Part shown: positions 39,246-48,775 of the stretch, in pieces
How the letters are laid out: each line of letters begins with the position of its first letter
Numbering within the stretch: the stretch's first letter is position 1
Source of the DNA: Phycisphaerae bacterium
GTDB taxonomy: Bacteria; Planctomycetota; Phycisphaerae; WQYP01
Reading direction: 5' to 3'
NCBI GenBank assembly: GCA_049965755.1
Contig: JBMFVY010000001.1
Location: forward strand, 14,370-78,369
Length of the DNA: 64,000 nt
Notes under the pieces: model-generated
Database searches by the model: none
Seen by the model: only the letters and a program-made list of their open reading frames with translations
Told to the model about the DNA's origin: nothing
Translations under genes and position numbers: made by a program

Positions 39246-40379
39246 TCATCCCAGCCGTTTCACTGTCAGCCGGCGCGTCAGGCCCAGAAAAATAACGGCC
39301 ATCAACACCAGCACCGCCGCATTAGGCAATATCACACTCCAGATATCACCCGCCAGAAACAACGTCTGCAGGAGTGCCACGAAATATCGTGCCGGAAGCA
39401 GGTAGGTGATGATCTGAATCGCTTCAGGCATGCTGCGTATATCAAAAATAAACCCTGAAAGCATCATCGCCGGTAGAAAGGTCAGCAGCAGCGCCGCCTG
39501 GCTGGCGATGAACTGGTTCTTTGTTCGCGTGGAAATCAGCAGCCCCATCCCCAGCGCCACCAGCAGGTAAAGCCCCGACACCAGAATCAACAGCGTCAGC
39601 GAACCACGGATCGGCACGTGAAACAATACTCTTGCCGCCGTCACCGCCACCGCCAGCCCGACCATCCCCAGACAGAAATACGGGACGATTTTGCTGATAA
39701 TGATTTCGCTCGGTTGCACGGGCGTAGCGAAAAGCGACTCAAACGTGCCGCGCTCCCATTCTCTTGCCACAACCAGTGCCGTCATCAGCGCCCCGATCAG
39801 CGTCATGATCAGCACCAATAACCCCGGCACCAGAAAATAGCGGCTGTCCATACTGCGGTTAAACCAGACCTGCTGCTCGATGGTGACCGGCTGCGCATAA
39901 CTGCGGCCGTGCGTCAGTTCCCACTGCGCAAGCCAGACACCCAGAACGCCCCGGGCATAGTTCTGAATTAATCGCGAGCGATTCGCGTCGATGCTGTTGA
40001 CCGTGAACTGAATATTCGCATGCCCGTTTCGCAAATTGCGGGAAAAGTCATGCCGCAGGCGCACAATCCCGTCGACGGCTCCCGCTGCCAGAAGTTTTTC
40101 CGCCTCAACCATGGAGTTAACCGCCTCCGGATGGAAATATCTCGACCCGGCAAACGCTCCAAATACCGATTGTGCCGACGGCGAGTGATCTTCCATCACC
40201 ACCGCCACGGGAACATGGTGGGCGTCAAGCGAGAGCCCGTAACCGAAAAGCAGGATCAGCAGAAGCGGAAGCACGATCCCCAGTGCAATGCTGCTCGGAT
40301 CGCGAATCATCTGCAGCGTTTCCTTGCGGCTCATCGCGACGATGCGGCGCAGCTTTCCAAGTGGAGCGGGGTGATTCAT
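39246..40379 (-). CDS. ABC-2 type transporter permease (second copy)
   Basis: 377 aa, same topology as the adjacent permease, 2-nt intergenic gap. Confidence 0.8.
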   Translation of the reverse strand: MNHPAPLGKLRRIVAMSRKETLQMIRDPSSIALGIVLPLLLILLFGYGLSLDAHHVPVAVVMEDHSPSAQSVFGAFAGSRYFHPEAVNSMVEAEKLLAAGAVDGIVRLRHDFSRNLRNGHANIQFTVNSIDANRSRLIQNYARGVLGVWLAQWELTHGRSYAQPVTIEQQVWFNRSMDSRYFLVPGLLVLIMTLIGALMTALVVAREWERGTFESLFATPVQPSEIIISKIVPYFCLGMVGLAVAVTAARVLFHVPIRGSLTLLILVSGLYLLVALGMGLLISTRTKNQFIASQAALLLTFLPAMMLSGFIFDIRSMPEAIQIITYLLPARYFVALLQTLFLAGDIWSVILPNAAVLVLMAVIFLGLTRRLTVKRLG

Positions 40380-42217
40380 GCAGCGCCTCTCGCCTTGGCG
40401 GCGGCTTTCTGCTCGTCCATCACCACCTGAATAAAGGCATCCTCTATCGTCGGTTCTTTTCGGTCGGGCGTGGCGGCAATTTTTCGGATTTCAGCAGGCG
40501 TTCCCCCGGCCAGTACACGCCCGTTCATCATGATCACCATGCGGTCGCAATATTCCGCTTCCTCCATAAAATGCGTCGTCACCACCACGGTAACCTGTTG
40601 ATCGGCCATGGCGGTAATCCGCTGCCAGAATTCCCGCCGGGCCAGCGGATCAACGCCCGATGTCGGTTCATCCAGAAATAGTATCTGCGGTTCATGCAGC
40701 AGGGCACACGCCATCGCCAATCGTCGCTTGAATCCGTCGGGAATCTCACCGGTTTTGTTCGGAAGGACGCGGGAAAGTTCAAATTCCTCTACCGCCCATC
40801 CCAATCGCCGTTTTCGGCGGCTTCCCCGCAAGCCGTAGGCACTGGCGAAAAAAGCGAGATTTTCCTCCACCGTCAATTGGCCATACAGCGAAAATTTCTG
40901 GGCCACATACCCCACCGCCTGCCGGGCCGACGCTCTTGCGTGCCGCAGATCGTACCCCGCCACCCGCAAAGTGCCGGAGGACAGCGGCAGGAGCCCGCAC
41001 AGCATGCGAAATGTCGTACTTTTACCGGCGCCATTCGGCCCCAGCAAACCAAAAATCTCTCCTCTGCGTATCTCAAAATTGACATGATCCACGGCGACGA
41101 AATCCCCGAATCGGCGCACCAAGTCGCGCACCGCCACCACGGGTTCATCGGAATGGTTCGCCGCCGGTGGCAGTGGGGGAGTGATATCGGGATTTCCTTT
41201 CGGGATATCACCACCGCCCGCCGATTCGGCCGCCGGTAACGTGGACGCCAGCGCCCGGCGCAGGACCACCATAAAACCATCCGCCAGATGCGGCTCAACC
41301 TCCCGTGCACCGCTCGGCGCCAATTCGCCCGGTGTCCGATCACCCGGCGCCTGTTCGCTGTCCGTGTTGCCCGCCTTAAGCACCAGACGCACCTCTCCCC
41401 CATTGGGCACTGCATCAGCCGTGCTGCTGACACGCAGCAGCGATGCCACCATCTGCCGCGGTTTCATGCCCGGCGGGGTGCGAAGTTGAAACGTCCGTCC
41501 ACGGGCATAATTCGCAACATCCCCCGGCGATCCCTGCGCCAATATCCTGCCGCGATACATCACCACAGCGTGATTACAGAATTCCGCCTCTTCCAGATAA
41601 GGCGTGCTGATTAAAAGCGTCAGCGATCGGGCTTTAACCAGATCGAGCAAAATCGCCCAGAGTTCCCGCCGAGAAACAGGGTCCACGCCGACGGTTGGTT
41701 CATCCAGAATCAACAACTCGGGCGATTGCACCAGTGCGCAGGCAAGTCCGAGTTTCTGTTTCATGCCGCCCGAAAGATGCCCGGCCAGTCGCTTTGTAAA
41801 TCGCCCCAGATTGGTCATGGCGAATAATTCCGGATATCGCGTGCGCCGATCCGCAGACGGTACACTGTGCAGATCCGCATATAAATCCAGATTTTCCTGC
41901 ACGGTTAAATCTTCGTAGAGACCGAATTTTTGCGGCATGTAACTCACGTGGGATTCCGCCGCATGCGGATGCTGAATAATATTGTGCCCCAGCACCTCAA
42001 TCTTGCCTGAATTCGGCGCCATCAACCCCATGATCAGCCGGATCAATGTGGTCTTGCCGGCGCCATCGGGCCCCACCAGCGCCACCATCAATCCCCGGCG
42101 CACTTCCAGTGAAATGCCCGCCAGTGCGGCTGTGATTCCTCCGCGTCCGTCGGGAAATGTTTTATGCACATCCCGACACGCAATGATCGGTTCCGTATCT
42201 GACTGGCCGAACTCCAT
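40376..42217 (-). CDS. ABC transporter ATP-binding protein with two fused ABC domains (RbbA/YhiH-like)
   Basis: Two Walker A motifs (GPDGAGKTT; GPNGAGKST), two LSGGMKQ-type signatures and Walker B (LILDEPTVGVD; LFLDEPTSGVD). Start taken at MEFGQSDTEP, adjacent to the HlyD stop. Confidence 0.85.
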   Translation of the reverse strand: MEFGQSDTEPIIACRDVHKTFPDGRGGITAALAGISLEVRRGLMVALVGPDGAGKTTLIRLIMGLMAPNSGKIEVLGHNIIQHPHAAESHVSYMPQKFGLYEDLTVQENLDLYADLHSVPSADRRTRYPELFAMTNLGRFTKRLAGHLSGGMKQKLGLACALVQSPELLILDEPTVGVDPVSRRELWAILLDLVKARSLTLLISTPYLEEAEFCNHAVVMYRGRILAQGSPGDVANYARGRTFQLRTPPGMKPRQMVASLLRVSSTADAVPNGGEVRLVLKAGNTDSEQAPGDRTPGELAPSGAREVEPHLADGFMVVLRRALASTLPAAESAGGGDIPKGNPDITPPLPPAANHSDEPVVAVRDLVRRFGDFVAVDHVNFEIRRGEIFGLLGPNGAGKSTTFRMLCGLLPLSSGTLRVAGYDLRHARASARQAVGYVAQKFSLYGQLTVEENLAFFASAYGLRGSRRKRRLGWAVEEFELSRVLPNKTGEIPDGFKRRLAMACALLHEPQILFLDEPTSGVDPLARREFWQRITAMADQQVTVVVTTHFMEEAEYCDRMVIMMNGRVLAGGTPAEIRKIAATPDRKEPTIEDAFIQVVMDEQKAAAKARGAA

Positions 42218-42218
42218 C

Positions 42219-43253
42219 TCAATGCCTCGCCTTGCGGAGCGGGATCGGCTGCGGTGTGATCGGAATTTCAACCGTCGCCGGCATTCCCAGTCGAAGTTGG
42301 TCGTGCGGATCTTTTACATAAACCCGAACTTCATAAACCAGACTGGTGCGAAGTTGTGTCGTCTCAACTGATTTCGGAGTGAACTCCGCTATCGGTGAGA
42401 TAAATCCTACCCATCCGGCAAATTTCTTCCCAGGAAAGCTGTCAACGGTGATCCAAGCCTTGGAGCCGCCATGGACAAATCCTAAATCCCTCTCCGGTAT
42501 ATACGCACGCACCCATTTGGGATTCATGATGGCGATGGTGTAAACGGGCGTTTGCGGACTGGCCATGTCGCCGGGTTCAAGAATCCGCGTTCGCACCACG
42601 CCATTCACCGGACTCTTCAGATAGGTGTCCGCAAGATATTGTTCCAGCAGGGCCAGCTGCGCTTTGTCCGCCTGCAGCTTGGCCGCGGCCTCTGCAATAT
42701 CTTCCACACGCGGGCCCAACACCGCCAACCGCAGCGTTTCCTTTGCCGCATGGGCCTGCTGGTTATCCACCTTCCATAAAGCCTTTTCGTTGTCATATTG
42801 AATCTGCGTGATATCGCCCGTGGCAAGCAATTTTTCATAACGCTTCACATTCACCAGATCATTGGCGGCCTTCGCCGCCGCCGCGGCATAGAGCGCCCGA
42901 TCCATCGCAATTTCCTGCGGACGGCTGCCACGCTTCAATCGCAACCACACCTGTTTTTGCGCTGCCAGAACCGCCTTTGCCTCGGCCGCCTGATGAATCA
43001 GCCAGTCGGTATCCAGGGTGGCGACCAGTTCTCCCTTTCTGACCGTTGCCCCCTCGTGCACCAGCTCCCGTGTGATGCGGCCCGATTCCTTAAACGCTAG
43101 TTGCACATCCCGCTCATCCATATTTCCATAAAGTACAACGCTCGTCAGCGGACCATGCTTCTGGCTTTGCTTCCAGCGGTAAATGCCATAACTCGCCCCC
43201 GCAATCAATAAAAGTACCACCAGAAGCCGAATTACTTTTCGCTTCATAAACAT
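42219..43253 (-). CDS. HlyD-family membrane fusion protein (periplasmic adaptor)
   Basis: N-terminal TM (LLVVLLLIAGASYGIY), long coiled-coil region, beta-barrel C-terminus. Canonical HlyD_D23 architecture preceding the ABC ATPase. Confidence 0.8.
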   Translation of the reverse strand: MFMKRKVIRLLVVLLLIAGASYGIYRWKQSQKHGPLTSVVLYGNMDERDVQLAFKESGRITRELVHEGATVRKGELVATLDTDWLIHQAAEAKAVLAAQKQVWLRLKRGSRPQEIAMDRALYAAAAAKAANDLVNVKRYEKLLATGDITQIQYDNEKALWKVDNQQAHAAKETLRLAVLGPRVEDIAEAAAKLQADKAQLALLEQYLADTYLKSPVNGVVRTRILEPGDMASPQTPVYTIAIMNPKWVRAYIPERDLGFVHGGSKAWITVDSFPGKKFAGWVGFISPIAEFTPKSVETTQLRTSLVYEVRVYVKDPHDQLRLGMPATVEIPITPQPIPLRKARH

Positions 43254-43419
43254 AACCTTTCAATGGACCGCCAAAACTTACATGTTGCCCGCTTGCGCAA
43301 CCGGTAAACTATGGCCCCCATGCAGCAGCTTGTTTTCTTTGCCCAATCAGCCGAACATTATTGTAAGTGGCGGCGGCGGCACACGCTATGAGCCGCAAAA
43401 CAGCTCTGGCACGGTTGAA

Positions 43420-45192
43420 TCAAACGGAAAACAATCGGTTTGCAAAGAGCTGCCGCAGTCCGGCGCGGCCGACCGGTTCCTGAGAAAGCCACGGAACAAC
43501 CGCCACGCGTTTGGCGCGGCGTTCGACCATAGCCAACTTTTCGCGTTCCGCCTCAGCGCGTGCGGCCAGTAATGCATCTTCAGGCCCCGCTGCCAGCAGA
43601 CTACTGTTAATAACCCACGCAAAGGGTTCAATGCCCGCCCGCTTTAAGTCTTCCTGCAATTCACCGGCTTCAAGAATGGGCGTCGTTTCCGGCAACGACA
43701 CCAGCAATGTTCGGGTGTATTCCGGATTCTGCAATTTCATCAGGGCCGTGTTCACCTGCTGTTGCGCTTTACCGGCCAAATTCCGCATCACATCTCGGTG
43801 ATAGGAACCGGTGGCGTCGAGCAGCAACAGCGAATGGCCCGTCGGGGCGGTGTCAACGACCACAAATTTGCCGGCCGCTTCATCAAGGCGTTGCGAAAAG
43901 GCGTGAAACACCGCCACTTCCTCTGTGCAAGGCGAACGCAGGTCTTCTTCCAGCAGGGCCCGTCCCTCTTCATCAAGCTCCTTACCTCTCAGTGCCATCA
44001 CCATCTCGCGATACCGTTCCGTTTCCCGTTCCGGATCAATACGGCTCAGCGTCAGGTGGCCGTCAGAATCCCGCACCGTTTCTGCGATGTGGGCCGCCGG
44101 ATCGGTCGTCGTCAAATGCACCTCATGCCCTCGCTCAGCCAGTTCCACCGCTATCGCGGCGGCGATGGTGGTTTTGCCCACGCCTCCTTTGCCTAATACC
44201 AGCACCGCTCCATGGCCCGCGCGTTCAATATCATCCACCAGATCAACCAGATGGGAGAGCGGTGGCGGGCTTACAGGTTTCCGCAAAACCGTCGGTGCCG
44301 GGCCGGTGCCCGCCAATGCCCGCAGCGCCGCCACCCCCACCGCGTTAAATGATTGCAGTGCTACCCGCGATTGCGGCAATTCCCGCAGCGGCTCCGGCAT
44401 TTCGGCCATAGCCGACTCCCCGCGTCGCTCCATCGCGGCCGCCAGTGGATCGGTTTTGCTGGTGGCCGTAAACACGCCGTTAATAATCAATCTCTGATTC
44501 GTCATACCCAGCGCTGCAAGTTCCACGCTGGTTCGGCCCGCTTCCGCCAGCGCCAGTCGATCCGGTCGGCTTACAAGAACCAGCGTTGTATGCATCGCGT
44601 CATGCAGTGCCGCAACCGCCTCGGAATACTGCTTCCGCTGCGACTGCAGAGCCGATACCGGCCCCATGCACGACGCTCCATGTTTATTACCGTCAAAGAA
44701 TTCCGTCCATGCGGAGGGCAGACTCAGCAGTCGCAGGGTATGGCCGGTGGGCGCGGTATCAAAAATAATATGGTCAAAGTTGGTCGCGGTGGCCGGATCC
44801 GTCAGCAGTGTTGTGAATTGATCAAACGCCGCAATTTCAGTCGTGCATGATCCGGAAAGTTCCTCGATCATACTTTTAATGGCTTCTTCCGGTAGCACAC
44901 CGCGCATCGGAGCCACCGCCCGTTGTCGATACGCCTCGGCGGCGGCCTGCGGACGGATATTAATCGCTGAAAGCCTCGGCACGGCGTCAATCTTCGTCGG
45001 CGCGTTTTCGCCGATGTCCGTTTGAAACACATGCTGAACATTCGATGCCGGATCCGTACTGATCAGCAGCACCCGCCTGCCCTGATCTGCCAAGGCCACG
45101 GCGGTGGCGCAGGCCAGAGATGTCTTGCCGACGCCCCCCTTGCCGGTAAAAAACATATAGCGGGTTGGTTCAGGAATCCATGTCGCCACCAT
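43420..45192 (-). CDS. arsA: Arsenite-stimulated ATPase ArsA (two tandem halves)
   Basis: Two P-loops (FTGKGGVGKTSLA; LGKGGVGKTTIAA), DTAPTGHTLRLL signatures in both halves. Metalloid-binding Cys contexts are conserved (GSCTTEIAAFDQF, GASCMGPVSALQ, RSPCTEEVAVFHAF). Confidence 0.9.
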   Translation of the reverse strand: MVATWIPEPTRYMFFTGKGGVGKTSLACATAVALADQGRRVLLISTDPASNVQHVFQTDIGENAPTKIDAVPRLSAINIRPQAAAEAYRQRAVAPMRGVLPEEAIKSMIEELSGSCTTEIAAFDQFTTLLTDPATATNFDHIIFDTAPTGHTLRLLSLPSAWTEFFDGNKHGASCMGPVSALQSQRKQYSEAVAALHDAMHTTLVLVSRPDRLALAEAGRTSVELAALGMTNQRLIINGVFTATSKTDPLAAAMERRGESAMAEMPEPLRELPQSRVALQSFNAVGVAALRALAGTGPAPTVLRKPVSPPPLSHLVDLVDDIERAGHGAVLVLGKGGVGKTTIAAAIAVELAERGHEVHLTTTDPAAHIAETVRDSDGHLTLSRIDPERETERYREMVMALRGKELDEEGRALLEEDLRSPCTEEVAVFHAFSQRLDEAAGKFVVVDTAPTGHSLLLLDATGSYHRDVMRNLAGKAQQQVNTALMKLQNPEYTRTLLVSLPETTPILEAGELQEDLKRAGIEPFAWVINSSLLAAGPEDALLAARAEAEREKLAMVERRAKRVAVVPWLSQEPVGRAGLRQLFANRLFSV

Positions 45193-45277
45193 GATGCACC
45201 CCTTTCAAAACATCGGTTCGCGCAAATCCGCGGGCCTTTTCTTCCATCTCTCCAGAAAACACTGTCTACCGGACCGC

Positions 45278-45658
45278 TCAGGTTGTCGATTGTTCGATCG
45301 CGGCAAAAATCGGTTCCGCATCGCCGATAATTCGCGTGGCCATCGCAAAGCGTACGATCTTGATGGTCTCCATGATTTTGCCCGGCGCGATACCCTGCAC
45401 CCGCGCCTTGTCGGCCATGGCTCGCACGCATGCCGGGCTTGATCCCGCGAGCGCCGCCGCCATGTAGATCAGCGTGCGCGTCTCTTCATCCAGAGCCGGT
45501 GCCTGATCCGGCATGGCATAGGCCCGCGACCGCATGTGTTCATAGACCAGATCAGGAGCGACACGTCCAAGTTTTTCCACCGCCGTCGGGACTGCGCCCA
45601 TGTTTTTGCGCATGCCTGCAAAAATTTGTTCGATTGTCGGTGGTTGTTTGCTGTCCAT
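45278..45658 (-). CDS. Carboxymuconolactone decarboxylase/AhpD-like family protein
   Basis: ~126 aa from internal ATG (MDSKQPPTIEQIFAGMRKNMGAVP...). Helical CMD-fold pattern with a conserved Cys (SSPACVRAM). Sits between arsD and arsA. Confidence 0.55.
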   Translation of the reverse strand: MDSKQPPTIEQIFAGMRKNMGAVPTAVEKLGRVAPDLVYEHMRSRAYAMPDQAPALDEETRTLIYMAAALAGSSPACVRAMADKARVQGIAPGKIMETIKIVRFAMATRIIGDAEPIFAAIEQSTT

Positions 45659-45750
45659 GTTACACATCCTTATCAGAAAAAAATCACCCGTAACACCGCG
45701 CGGCTTGCGCCGCTGGCTCCGATGCAAAAAGCTTCTGCGCATCGCACCGC

Positions 45751-46089
45751 TCAGATCGTCGCTGTCTCGCTGCCGTCTTCCACCTTTATTCCCGCCATCG
45801 CGGCCAATTCCGCACGATCAGGATAGCGCCCCTGACTTGCCAGCACTCCATCCACCAAAATGGCCGGTAACGCCCTTGGGCTGGATTTGATCAGTAATTC
45901 TCTGATCACCGCCTGCTGCGCAAAACGCGTCGGCTCATGGGCGAGGTTGTATCGCCACACTTCCACATGTTGCCTTTTCAACCAATCCAAATCTGCCGCG
46001 AATCGGATCAACTTCGGATCCACATCCACTCCGCATACGCCGGTGGAACAGCACATCGGCGGATCAAAAATTTCCACTACTTTGGTCAT
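45751..46089 (-). CDS. arsD: Arsenical resistance metallochaperone/repressor ArsD
   Basis: MTKVVEIFDPPMCCSTGVCGVDVDPKLIRFAADLDWLKRQHVEVWRYNLAHEP. The MCCSTGVCG vicinal-Cys motif and overall similarity to E. coli R773 ArsD. Confidence 0.8.
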   Translation of the reverse strand: MTKVVEIFDPPMCCSTGVCGVDVDPKLIRFAADLDWLKRQHVEVWRYNLAHEPTRFAQQAVIRELLIKSSPRALPAILVDGVLASQGRYPDRAELAAMAGIKVEDGSETATI

Positions 46090-46167
46090 TTTCATCTCCT
46101 TATCCAAGATTCCTCGCCCAAGCCGGCACTATTTGGCAAAAACGCCAAGTATTGGGAAAAAAATGCT

Positions 46168-46506
46168 TTATCCGATTTTGCAGCACGCTTTCTCCCGGCT
46201 CGCATCGAGCACGGCCTCCACGCACGTCATGAAATCCAGTACACACGGCACACGCAGTCGGTAGTGCACCCACAATCCATCCTTACGGTCTGCCACCAGC
46301 CCGGCCCGCTTCATAAGCAGCAGATGCCTCGATACCGTCGAAACATCCCCTCCGACGATATCCCGCAGGTCGCAGACGCACTTCTCACCGTCCGCCAGCG
46401 CGTGAAGCATCGCCAGCCGACTTGGATGCGCCATCGCTTTGATGATTCGCGCCCGCCTTTCAAAATCAATCGAATTGTTCATCTTCTGTCTCATACTATT
46501 TGGCAT
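46168..46506 (-). CDS. arsR: ArsR/SmtB-family metalloregulator
   Basis: HTH block IIKAMAHPSRLAMLHALADGEKCVCDLRDIVGGDVSTVSRHLLLMKRAGLV with the ELCVCDL-type metalloid-binding CVC motif. Start assigned to an internal ATG; the longer track ORF is probably over-extended. Confidence 0.75.
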   Translation of the reverse strand: MPNSMRQKMNNSIDFERRARIIKAMAHPSRLAMLHALADGEKCVCDLRDIVGGDVSTVSRHLLLMKRAGLVADRKDGLWVHYRLRVPCVLDFMTCVEAVLDASREKACCKIG

Positions 46507-46691
46507 TATAGCCAAATAGTCGGCGAAGTCAAATCCGGCCGTCCATCGCGGCAGGGGCAAATCTCCATCCGTTGGTTTAACAGGTTTCTCAACCGACGAA
46601 AGAAAAAGCGGCCTGACATTTCTGCAGGCCGCCTCTAAAAAATCTATCACTGCTCAAAAAAACTTCAGTCACCGTCGTCCGGCCGGGCATA

Positions 46692-47627
46692 TCACCCTTT
46701 TATGAATCCCTGTCGGCGCAGCCATTTCGCGCAGGCCGCCGGCCAACGGGTTGATGCCGTCCCCGCCACGCCCAGGCCGAAGCCATGTCTACCCGTCGCA
46801 TAAATGTGCAAAGCAGCTGGGATGTGTTCCCGCTTTAACGCATGGTAAAAGCTTATGCTGTTCTGCAACGGAACCAGTTGATCATTCTTGGCGACACAGA
46901 TGAACGTCGGCGGCGTGAGCTGTGATACCATCAAATTGGCGGAAAAGTATTTCTCCACATCCAGCGGGCAATGTGTGCCGAGCAGGTGATTGTGTGACCC
47001 GGGGTCCGTAATGCCGGGGATCATTGAAATCACGGGATAACCAAGAATCAGAAAATCTGGTCGGGTGCTGTACCGATTCAGCGGATTGGGAGCTTCCGGA
47101 TTGCCGGGAAGAAAAAGCGTTCCGGCCATCGCGGCAACATGGCCTCCCGCCGAAAAACCCGCCACACCCACATCGTGCGGATTGATGTGCCAGGCACGGG
47201 CATGGGCTCGTACGATCTGTACAGCTCTTCGCACATCCTGCAGCGGCCACGGTACACCGCTCGCTGGCAGCTTTCCGTCCGGCAGACGGTAGTTCAGCAC
47301 AAATGCGGAAACACCAAGTTTATTAAGCCATTCTGCAATCGCGTACCCCTCATGACGAACCGCCTCATAGCTATAGCCCCCGCCCGGGCATATGACGACG
47401 GCACATCCGTTTGCGGCAGGGGGTTTTACGAGATATTCGGTCAGGGTTGGCCACCGGTGAAATTTTCGCGCCCGCTCGGCCAGGGGCACCTTCAGATGGG
47501 GCCAGACCGGAATGACCTTCGTTCCCGGTTTCCGTTTCGGTGCAAACCAGCCATGCGTTCCGGCTTGAGCACAGACTGCCATTGCCAAAAGGGCGATTCC
47601 AATCATCATAGGTAATCTTCTCATCAT
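46692..47627 (-). CDS. Alpha/beta-hydrolase fold esterase (secreted), acetyl-esterase/BD-FAE-like
   Basis: Signal peptide MMRRLPMMIGIALLAMAVCAQA; oxyanion VVICPGGGY; nucleophile elbow GFSAGGH; C-terminal His region HIYATGRHGF. Confidence 0.75.
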   Translation of the reverse strand: MMRRLPMMIGIALLAMAVCAQAGTHGWFAPKRKPGTKVIPVWPHLKVPLAERARKFHRWPTLTEYLVKPPAANGCAVVICPGGGYSYEAVRHEGYAIAEWLNKLGVSAFVLNYRLPDGKLPASGVPWPLQDVRRAVQIVRAHARAWHINPHDVGVAGFSAGGHVAAMAGTLFLPGNPEAPNPLNRYSTRPDFLILGYPVISMIPGITDPGSHNHLLGTHCPLDVEKYFSANLMVSQLTPPTFICVAKNDQLVPLQNSISFYHALKREHIPAALHIYATGRHGFGLGVAGTASTRWPAACAKWLRRQGFIKG

Positions 47628-47779
47628 CGATAACTTCTTTCTAAGTTTCCAGTTTTTCCATCCATCTCGCGTTAGCGCAGTGCGAAAGGATCGTAGAGGT
47701 AGAAGACATTCTTGTAAAGTGGTGCGAGTAGAAATAATCGACCGGCTTACAGTCGTTATTCACTCTTCGTCTGGAAGCG

Positions 47780-47860
47780 ATAAGTATAAAAAAATAAAGA
47801 ATTCAATATACACCATACCTGTTTTGTGACAAACAGGAATTTCTGGCACGCGTGGCACGA
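47780..47860. promoter_or_regulatory. AT-rich intergenic island with 7-bp inverted repeat (CCTGTTT-N6-AAACAGG, 47818..47837) and direct repeat TGGCACG-CG-TGGCACG (47844..47859). Probable promoter/operator of the esterase gene and/or weak terminator of tsaB
   Basis: The local GC drops far below the window average (gataagtataaaaaaataaagaattcaatatacaccatac). The repeats were read directly from the sequence. Confidence 0.3.
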
Positions 47861-47879
47861 TCGGGTATGTACTTTACTT

Positions 47880-48608
47880 TCAACTCTCCTGCTTTTCCTT
47901 CATCCCAGAGGACTGGCCTTGGCGCTTTTCCCATAGTTCCTGTGCCTCGGGCTTGCGAAGGTACAGTGGCAACAGTGCTTCGCGCAGCACGAAGTGACCG
48001 CGGGCCGCCCTTCGGCGGCCAACCTGATAAAGGGCCGATGCACGCGGCACGGCGGTTTCGGCGGGCAGGAGGCGATCATCAAAACCGGCAGCGAACAGTG
48101 CCGCACGGTGATATTCAATTCCCTCCCCGAGCAATTGGATCGGCTGCGGCCAGCTTGTCGGCAGCGTCTTGGGCGAGCCGAGTGTCGGCTCCATGATGAC
48201 CTGCAGTTCTGGCCAGGTGGCGGGTTGGGTATGGTTCACCCGATAACAGGCGCCGAAGATCATGCCGCGGCGCGCATCGAGCACAACGCCGATGTTGGGC
48301 GCGGAACCTACCGGGGCATTGAGCGCCAGGACCTCGGTTGTCGGAACGGCGATGAGTTTGCATCCCAGCACTTGCGAAAGGGTTCGCGCCACCATCACGC
48401 TGATGCGCACGCCCGTAAACGAGCCCGGGCCGACGGAGACGATGATCTCCTTGATGTCGGCAGGCCGGCGCCCCAGCGAAAATAAACGCTCTTGCAAGGC
48501 GGGCACCAATTCCGTCGCATGCTGCATCGGGCCGGAAAAAGTGTGTTCAAGCAGGCATTCGTCGCCGCTGCCGATGGCAATCGAGCCGACGCGGCTACTG
48601 GTCTCCAT
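47880..48608 (-). CDS. tsaB: tRNA threonylcarbamoyladenosine biosynthesis protein TsaB (YeaZ)
   Basis: From internal ATG: METSSRVGSIAIGSGDECLLEHTF...ADIKEIIVSVGPGSFTGVRISVMVARTLSQVLGCKLIAVPTTEVLA, the inactive Kae1/TsaD-homologue signature. Confidence 0.8.
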   Translation of the reverse strand: METSSRVGSIAIGSGDECLLEHTFSGPMQHATELVPALQERLFSLGRRPADIKEIIVSVGPGSFTGVRISVMVARTLSQVLGCKLIAVPTTEVLALNAPVGSAPNIGVVLDARRGMIFGACYRVNHTQPATWPELQVIMEPTLGSPKTLPTSWPQPIQLLGEGIEYHRAALFAAGFDDRLLPAETAVPRASALYQVGRRRAARGHFVLREALLPLYLRKPEAQELWEKRQGQSSGMKEKQES

Positions 48609-48775
48609 TGCGACGGTGAGCCGATCGTTTTGGTTGCCGCTCACTGAGTTGCCTCCGTGTGCCTCGGACGGGCGATTTGTAGCAGGTGTGTCAGATTCTG
48701 TCACGGCCCGGTTCACCTTATTTGCCATTCGTCCGATCCGCGCCGTACACTCTGGCAGCTTTTAGGACGAACTGT

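Noticed and set aside
43282-43572. 96-aa plus-strand ORF between HlyD and arsA
   Set aside because: Largely overlaps the 3' end of arsA on the opposite strand. No RBS or motifs.
47844-47859. Sigma-54 (-24/-12) promoter
   Set aside because: TGGCAC is present, but the required TTGC at -12 with 4-5 nt spacing is absent. The second element is another TGGCACG.
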